The notes under the pieces were generated by a model. The model saw nothing but the letters and a program-made list of their open reading frames with translations, was not told where the DNA came from and made no database searches. Of a stretch of DNA of 64,000 bases, positions 56,825 to 64,000 are shown piece by piece; positions within the stretch are counted from its first letter, which is position 1; every line of letters begins with the position of its first letter. The position numbers and the translations under genes are program-made. This DNA comes from the human T2T-CHM13v2.0 reference genome, Homo sapiens: assembly GCF_009914755.1 (NCBI RefSeq), contig NC_060940.1; one strand, 5' to 3'.

Positions 56825-56995
56825 ATGTTTTCAATTCCAAGTTGCACATCTTTCCACATTTTACCATTACTGAAAGCATGAAACAACTGACAGTTGATGG
56901 GTACACTTATTTTTGTGTTTTTCTTCTAGAAAGGTGCTATTAAATCAGTGATGTGTCTTACAAATATGGCATCTTAGAATCATGAAGGTGTAGTA
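56825..56995. mobile_element. MER104-like TcMar-Tc2 MITE
   Basis: ttccaagttgcacatctttccacatttta...gtgtcttacaaatatggcatcttagaatcatgaa. Confidence 0.6.
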
Positions 56996-57169
56996 ATAAA
57001 TTTCATGTAGGGATGGTTACTTTTGTTTAGATGAACAGAAAAAGGAGCTGATTTTCATCTGGTCTGGAAGGGAGGAACTAGGTTAAATAAGGAAAAAGAC
57101 CAAGGTCTTTAGAAGATATGTAGAAGTTAGGAGGCCCATTATTTTTACCAGAGTTCTCTGAAAGGCCCC

Positions 57170-57739
57170 TGTGATGGTTAATTTTAGGTCTCAACTTGAC
57201 TGGATTAAGGGATACCCAAATAGCTGCTAAGGTATTATTTCTGGGTGTGTCTGTGAGTGTGTTTTGGGAAGAGGTTGGCATTTGAATGAGTGGACTGAAT
57301 AAGGAAGCCCTGCCCTTGACATGGGGGGCTCCATCCAATCAGCTGAGGATCTGAATAGAGCAAGAAGGCAAAGCAAGAGTGAATTTGTTTTCTGTCTCTT
57401 CTAGAGCTGGAACACCCTTCTTCTCCTGCCTTTGGACATCAGAACTTCAGATTCTCTGGCCTTCAGACTTCAAGACTTGCACTAGTGGCCCCCTGGGTTC
57501 TCAAGGTTTTGGCCGCCTCGGTTGAGAGTTACACCATCGGCTTCTTTGGTTCTGAGGCCGTTGGAGTTGGACTGAGCCATGCTACCAGCTTCCCTGGGTC
57601 TCCAGCCTGCAGATTGCCTACTGTGAGATTTAGCCTCCATAATCACGTGAGCCAATTCTCTTAACAAATCACTTCTCATATCTTTCTCCTTCTACATATC
57701 TTATTGGCTTTGTCTCTGTGGAGAACCCTGATTAATACA
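57170..57739 (+). mobile_element. MLT2B-like (ERVL) solo LTR
   Basis: tgtgatggttaattttaggtctcaacttgactgg...ggagaaccctgattaataca. Confidence 0.9.
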
Positions 57740-58224
57740 GCTTCTAAACTGATAAATGCTCACTTATACCCATTGAGTTGAGATTGCTTCCTGTCTAGCC
57801 TCAAGGCTCTGTCCTCTGAAAGCCACGCTTGGGATCTTCAGGTGAGTGCCTCTGTATACCAATTGCAGACATGACTTTGCAGAAGTGGGTTCTTTCCAGT
57901 TGTGCCTTTTTGCCTCAGAGGCCCAAGTTCCTCCAAGATGACCCTAAGCTGCTTTTTTCAAAGTATTTTTGCAAAGAAAGAGTGAGGAAAAAACTGAGCC
58001 CTGGGGTATTAATTCTGAATGGCTTGTTGAATGGCTGGCTTTAAGATTTGCTCCTTATTACACAGAAACCCTCTTTATTCTTCAAAAGAGGCTTTGGCAA
58101 AGTCAGAGTAAGTAGGACTTAATCTTACAATACAACCTGGCTGTTCCAGGGAACATGAAGCCCGCAATATTTTCTACCGACAGTACTTCCTAGAAAAAGC
58201 TTGCAGGTTTTCCCGAACAGTAAA

Positions 58225-58460
58225 TATGGCTACCATCTATTGGGCACTGATGTGCAGGCACTGGGCTAAATTCTTTATGTGAATATATTTTTATATGAAT
58301 TGTCTCAATTTTCAAAACAATCCCCATCATACTGGTGAGGAAGCTGAGAAACAGATACCTTTCTCAGAATCACACAGCAAAAAGTGGCAGAGCCAAGACT
58401 CAAACCCAAATCCCTGTCACATCAAAGCCCAGTCTCCTAGTCCCTTACCTACACTGCCTG
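58225..58460 (-). mobile_element. MIR SINE
   Basis: ggtgaggaagctgag...gtggcagagccaagactcaaaccc. Confidence 0.75.
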
Positions 58461-59805
58461 TCACGAACCGCTTGTTCTTCTCTGACCCAAAGGCCCCCAG
58501 ACAGACGACGTTAAAGCTACCAGGGCAAGCAAATGGCAGCTGCTCCCAGGTAAACATACTCCTCCGTATAACATGGTTTTCTAACCTTCAGTTCACTGAC
58601 TGGTGGGTGGCAGGAAAGGCAGAGGAGATAGAAGACAAGTACAACACACTATGAATAGCAGAAGGATGAACTGAGGACTGTCAACGTGCAAAGGAGGTTG
58701 AACATGCAAAGGAAGGAAGCCAGGACAGTTGTAAGGGCATCTCCAGGTCCCATTTCCCCACCCCACCCCTGCCATCCTCCTCCCAGGCTGTGATGAATCC
58801 AAGGAGGATAAATCAACACTTGCCCAGGTTACTGTTTATTTCCTTAGAACTAGGGAAAACTGCATCTCCCCTTCTTTCACTTGGAAAAATCACTGTGTTA
58901 GAATAATTATGAATCATCCTTTGATCTGTCTCTATATCTGCAAAGCATAAATAGCGTTCAGCTGTTGAGGTCTGATTGCTCGATATTTCAGGTTTATATT
59001 TTGAATAACACAAGGCTTGGTTGCTAACACCAGTAAATAATTTACTCTAGTCTGAAATATGAGCTCCAGGCAAGAAACATGAGATCAAACACGGGGAACT
59101 GTAGTATGATAGCAAACACACTGCTATCCTGTGAAGGGTTTTTCTAAATTCACTGCTGGAAGACAGAGGGAGAAATGACAACAGGTGGAGCATCAGCCAA
59201 GGTCCTTCTGGCTCCTGCCCGAATAGAATGGCTTTCCTGACATCAAAGGAGGCTGGAGAGATGAATATCAATTTGAGCATGGAGAGAGGATGTGATAGCT
59301 GAAGGAGGGCTTCTTCAGCTTCTAACACCAAAACATTCCTCCCTCCACTCCAAGCCCTTGGTCATGCCAAGCTCAGGAGCAATGCCAACTTCTTATATCT
59401 CCTTTAAAAAAATCATTCTGAGCCACAGGAGGGCAGAATATTGGGAGAACAGAGTGCATGGTCTGATTTCTTTGACTTCATAAAATCTGGAGCAGAAATA
59501 AAAATTAGCAAAAACAGTTTCTTTTGATATGAGAGTTTATTTGATGCTTTTGTTATGACATTAAATGAAAAGGCAGGGTTTCAAATGCAGCTGCAGTATG
59601 ATCACAATGAAGTTCAAGTCAACAGCAAAATTTCTGGGGTGAGCAAAACCAACAATAAATGCATTAATGCATTATCAGTGGTTGCCGTAGGGAGATGGGA
59701 GCGTAGCTATATCCAGCACCTCCTTGTTACAATATAAGCAGGATCCCAGTGGAAATGTAAGGGCTCCTGTGTTGTCCTTAAGATTGTTCTGGAAAGTAAC
59801 AGTAT

Positions 59806-60231
59806 TTTCATGCGCGTCCGTGTGAAGAGACCACCAAACAGGCTTTGTGTGAGCAACATGGCTGTTTATTTCACCTGGGCGCAGGCGGGCTGAGTCCGGA
59901 AAGAGTCAGCGAAGGGAGATGGGGGGCGGGGGCGTTTTATAGGATTTGGGTAGGTAAAGGAAAATTACAGTCAAAGGGGGTTTGTTCTCTGGCGGGCAGG
60001 AGTGGGGGTCACAAGGTGCTCAGTGGGGGAGCTTTTTGAGCCAGGATGAGCCAGGAAAAGGACTTTCACAAGGTAATGTCATCAGTTAAGGCAAGGACCG
60101 GCCATTTACACTTCTTTTGTGGTGGAATGTCATCAGTTAAGGTGGGGCAGGGCATATTCACTTCTTTTGTGATTCTTTAGTTACTCCAGGCCATCTGGGC
60201 GTATATGAGCCTTGGGCTCAGAGGCCTGACA
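59806..60231 (-). mobile_element. LTR7 (HERV-H 3' LTR)
   Basis: Minus strand TGTCAGGCCTCTGAGCCCAAG...CTTCACACGGACGCGCATGAAA; TATAAAA near 59935-59941; AATAAA at 59865-59870. Confidence 0.96.
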
Positions 60232-60245
60232 TTCCTGCCTTCTTA
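60232..60245 (-). other. Retroviral polypurine tract
   Basis: TAAGAAGGCAGGAA directly before the TG of the 3' LTR. Confidence 0.85.
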
Positions 60246-62228
60246 GTATGAAAAATAAAACAAAATAGTGTTGAAGTGTTGGGGCGGCAAAAATTTTTGG
60301 TGGGTGGTATGGAGAGAGAATGGACGATGTTTCTCAGGGCTGCTTCAAGCGGGATTGGGGGCGGTGTGGGAACCTAGAGTGGGAGAGATTAAGCTGAAAG
60401 GAGATCTTGTGGTAAGGGGTGATATTGTGGGGATGTTAGAAGAAACAGTTGTTGTATAGAATGATTGGTGATGGCCTGGATACGGTTTTGTATGAACTGA
60501 AAAACTAAATGGAATAAGAAGGAGAAAAACAGGTATAAAAGGTCTAAGAATTGGGACGACTCAGGATATCTGATTAGAGAGTGCCTAAGGAGATTCAGCA
60601 TAGTCCTGCCAGCAAAGATCATTTATTTACTTCAAGAGTTAAGCGTGGCAGTTTGGGGATAGCACCAGGAGATATCAGCTGTGATGGCTTGGAAAAACAG
60701 TGTAAACCTGCAGTGTAAACAAGAGCAGGGCATGTGTGAGTAGTTGAGATCGGTAAATAGGAGTATGATTAGACAGAAGATAGTAGGGATGACAAGTTTT
60801 TTGGGGCACAGTCTAAGTTGGTCTGGTGTCTGGAATGAGACTGGGGCCTAATAACAAGGAGCGTCTATACAGGAGCTTAAATGGGCTGTACCCTGTAGCA
60901 TTCTGAATACAGGCCTGAATTCTGAGAAGGGAAAGTGGTAAAAGTATTGTCCAGTCCTTTTTAAGTTGGTGGCTGAGCTTGGTGAGGTGTGTTTTTAAAA
61001 GACCTTTAGTCCATTCTACTTTTCGTGAAGACGGAGGACCGTAAGGGATATAAAGGTTTCACTGAATACTAAGAGCCTGAAAAACTGCTTGGCTGATTTG
61101 ACTAATAAAGGCTCATCTGTTATGAGACTGTATTGAGATGGGAAGGCTAAACTGAGGAATTATGTCTGACAGAAGGGAAGAAATGACTGTGGTGGCCTTC
61201 TCACACCCTGTAGGAAAGGCCTCTACCTATCCAGTGAAAGTATCTACCTAGACTAAGAGGTATTTTAGTTACCTGACTCAGGGCATGTTGAGTGAAGCTA
61301 ATTTGCCAGTCCTGGGTGGGGCAAATCCTCGAGCTTGATGTGTAGGGAAGGGAGGGGGCCTGAAGAATCCCTGAGGAGTAGTAGAATAGCAGATGGAACA
61401 CTGAGAAGTTATTTCCTTCAGGATAGATTTCCACGATGGAAAGGAAATGAGAGGTTCTAAGAGGCGGGCTAGTGGCTTGTACTATAGCATAACCTGCCTT
61501 TGCTGGTGTGTGGCGATTAGGCCTGGTGGAACCACCATCAATAAATCAAGCGTGATCAGGGTGAGGAACAGGAAAGAAGGAAATTTGGGGAAATGGGGTG
61601 AATGTCAGGTGGATCAGAGAGATACAGTCATGGGGGTCAGGTGTGGTATCAGGAATAATGTGGGATTGAAGTCTGGGCCAGGAACAACGGTAATTGTGGG
61701 AGACTCAACAAAGAGTGAGTACAGCTGAAGGAGCCGGGGAGCAGAAAGTATATGCATCAGGTATGAGAAAGAAAATAGATTTTGGAAGTTATGAGAACTG
61801 TAGAGAGTGAGTTGAGCATAGTTTGTGATTTTGAGGGCCTCTAAAAGTATTAAAGCAGTGGCAGCCGCTGCACGCAGACATGAGGGCTAGGCTAAAACAG
61901 TAAGGTCAAGTTGTTTGGACAGAAAGGCTACAGGGTGTGGTCCTGGCTCTTGTGTAAGAATTCTGACTGCGCTAACCATGCCTAGGAAGAAAAGGAGTTG
62001 TTTTGTAGAAGGTGCTGGGGCTTGAGATCAGTTGGACACGATTGGCAGGGAGAGCACGTGTGTTTTTATGAGAATTATGGCGAGATAGGTAACAGTTGAG
62101 GAAAAAATTTGGGCTTGATTGAAGTAATGGGGGCTGTCTGTGAAGCTTTGCGGCAGTACAGCCTAGGTAATTTGCTGAGCTTGATGGATGTCAGGGTCAG
62201 TCCAAGTGAAAGTGAAGAGAGGCTGGGA

Positions 62229-62594
62229 TTAAGGGTGCAAAGGAATAGTAAAGAAAGCATGTTTGAGATCTAGAACAGAATAATGGGTTGTAGAGGCAGG
62301 TATTGAGGATAGGAGAGTATACGGGTTTGGCACCACGGGGTGGATAGGCAAAACAATTTGGTTGATAAGGCACGGATCCTGAACTAACTTGTAAGGCTTG
62401 TCTGGTTTTAGGACAGGTAAAATGGGGGAATTGTAAGGAGAGTTTATAGGCTTTAAAAGGCCATGCTGTAGCAGGCGAGTAATAACAGGCTTTAATCTTT
62501 TTAAAGTGTGCTGTGGGATGGGATATTGGCGTTGAGTGGGGTAAGGGTGATTAGATTTTAATGAGATGGTAAGGGGTGCATGATTGGTCGCCAA
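62229..62594 (-). pseudogene. HERV-H pol, N-terminal reverse transcriptase remnant
   Basis: LLQHGLLKPINSPYNSPILPVLKPDKPYKLVQD...HYSVLDLKHAFFTIPLHP then stop; no YxDD region in frame. Confidence 0.9.
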
Positions 62595-62747
62595 GGAGGG
62601 AGTAGAGGTATCTTATACTTGTGGGTTAAGGTGGGGGGATACAAGAGGAGGACGCAAAGGAGGCTTTGGATTGGGAAGAAGGGCGGCAATGAGATATAGC
62701 TGTAGCCCAGGAATAGTCAGGGAAGCAGATAATTTAGTTAAAGTGTC

Positions 62748-62972
62748 TCAGCCTAATAAGGGAACTGGGCAGGTGGGGATAACTGAAAAGGAGTGCTTAA
62801 AAGAGTATTGTCTAAGTTGGCACCAGAGTTGGGGAGTTTTAAGAGGTTTAGAAGCCTGGCCATCAATACCCACAACAGTTATGGAGGCAAGGGAAACAGG
62901 CCCTTGAAAAGAAGGTAATGTGGAGTGGGTAGCCTCCGTATTGATTAAGAAAGGGACGGGCTTACCTTCCAC
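62748..62972 (-). pseudogene. HERV-H protease remnant
   Basis: VPFLINTEATHSTLP with the aspartyl-protease D-T-G motif decayed to N-T-E; VVGIDG flap. Confidence 0.85.
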
Positions 62973-63152
62973 TGTGAGAGTTACCTGAAGCTCGATGTCC
63001 GTGATGGTCTAGGGGGCTTCCGAGGCGATCGGGCAGTGTCAGTCTTCAGCCGCTAAGCCGAGAAGATCTGGGAAGGAGTCAGTCAGAAAGCCTTGGGCCA
63101 GAGTTCCAGGGGCTCCGGGAGTGGCTGCCAGGTGAGTTGAACAGTCCGATTT

Positions 63153-63389
63153 TCAGTGGGGTCCCACAGAGATGGGACGTGGCTTAGGAGGAATCCCGGG
63201 CTGCGGGCATTCCTTGGCCCAGTGGCCAGATTTCTGGCACGTGTAGCAAGCTCCTGTGGGAGGAGGTTCTGGAGGAACACCTGGCCACTGCGGTTCAGGC
63301 GTTTGGAAGTTCTTGTGTGCTGGAGATGTGGCTGGGGTTTGTCTCACAGTGGAGGCAAGGAATTGCAACTTTTTTCTATTATTGTACAC
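63153..63389 (-). pseudogene. HERV-H gag nucleocapsid remnant
   Basis: CYTCQKSGHWAKEC is a CX2CX4HX4C zinc knuckle; second knuckle decayed (PRPISVGPH*). Confidence 0.9.
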
Positions 63390-64000
63390 CTGAAGGTGAG
63401 GTTAATTAAATCCTGTTGTGGGGTTTGAGGGCCGGAATTTAATTTTTGGAGTTTTATTTAATGTCGGGAGCAGATTGGGTAATAAAATGTATTTTGAGAA
63501 TAAGACGGCCTTTTGCCTTTTAGGGTCTAGGGCTGTAAAGTGTCTCACGGTTGCTGCCAAACAAGTCATGAACTGGGCTGGATTTTTATATTTGATGAAA
63601 AAGAGCCTAAACGCTTCTGATTTGGGATAAAGAAAAAGGAGCATTAACCTTGACTGTGCCTTTAGCTCCAGCCACCTTTTTAAGAGTAAATTGCTGGGCA
63701 GGAGGGGGAGGGCTAGTCACGGAACGAAACCGTAAGCCAGACCAGGTGTGAGGAGGGGAGGTGATAAAAAGATTATAGGGTGGAGGAGCAGAGGCTGAGG
63801 AAGGATTGGGACCTAGCTCGGCCTGGTGAGGAGCAGCCTGGGGAGGAAGGGAGGGGTCAGATGGGTCTGTAGAAAAGGAAGATTAGAAAGACTCAGCGAC
63901 GCTTGGGGTTGGTTCTGAGGGGACAGGTGGGAGGGTAAGAAGGAAGATTTGGGACAAGTTGCACTGGGCACAGAGACTAGGAAGGGACTGATGTGTAAAA

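Larger units (their letters stand above)
59806..64000 (-). mobile_element. HERV-H provirus (3' LTR plus internal region; 5' part lies beyond the window)
   Basis: LTR7, polypurine tract, and env/integrase/RT/protease/gag remnants in retroviral order on the minus strand. Confidence 0.97.

Noticed and set aside
60250-63650. HERV-H as a coding-competent or env-expressing virus
   Set aside because: Frames are fragmented by stops and deletions, the protease catalytic Asp is lost, and env is only a short remnant.

Overview
This is primate, almost certainly human, non-coding genomic DNA: an AluYa5 with all five diagnostic bases is present, and CpG is depleted throughout. I see no credible cellular protein-coding gene, RNA gene, CpG island or CRISPR array. 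The ORF track is explained by Alu, L1, LTR and low-complexity sequence, apart from decayed HERV-H gag/pro/pol remnants. The window is dense in transposons: about 17 Alus, many MIR and L2 pieces, L1 3' fragments, hAT/TcMar MITEs, and MaLR, ERVL and ERV1 solo LTRs. It ends inside a minus-strand HERV-H provirus (3' LTR7 at 59806-60231, internal sequence running off the window). The most notable observations are: (1) a ~150-bp segment at 26555-26712 with no CpG depletion and no recognisable repeat origin, which looks foreign, synthetic or unmethylated; (2) a perfect 24-bp inverted repeat at 55794-55869; (3) an ancient twin-primed (5'-inverted) L1 with both TSDs and a nested Alu; (4) an LTR9 with an intact OCT4-SOX2 composite motif, DUX4 motifs in MaLR LTRs and a young-looking LTR7, which together suggest an early-embryo/pluripotency regulatory neighbourhood; (5) a repeat-plus-hairpin mosaic resembling a templated repair scar. 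I cannot demonstrate a new biological system from sequence alone. Repeat subfamily names come from recalled consensus sequences and need Dfam/RepeatMasker confirmation.
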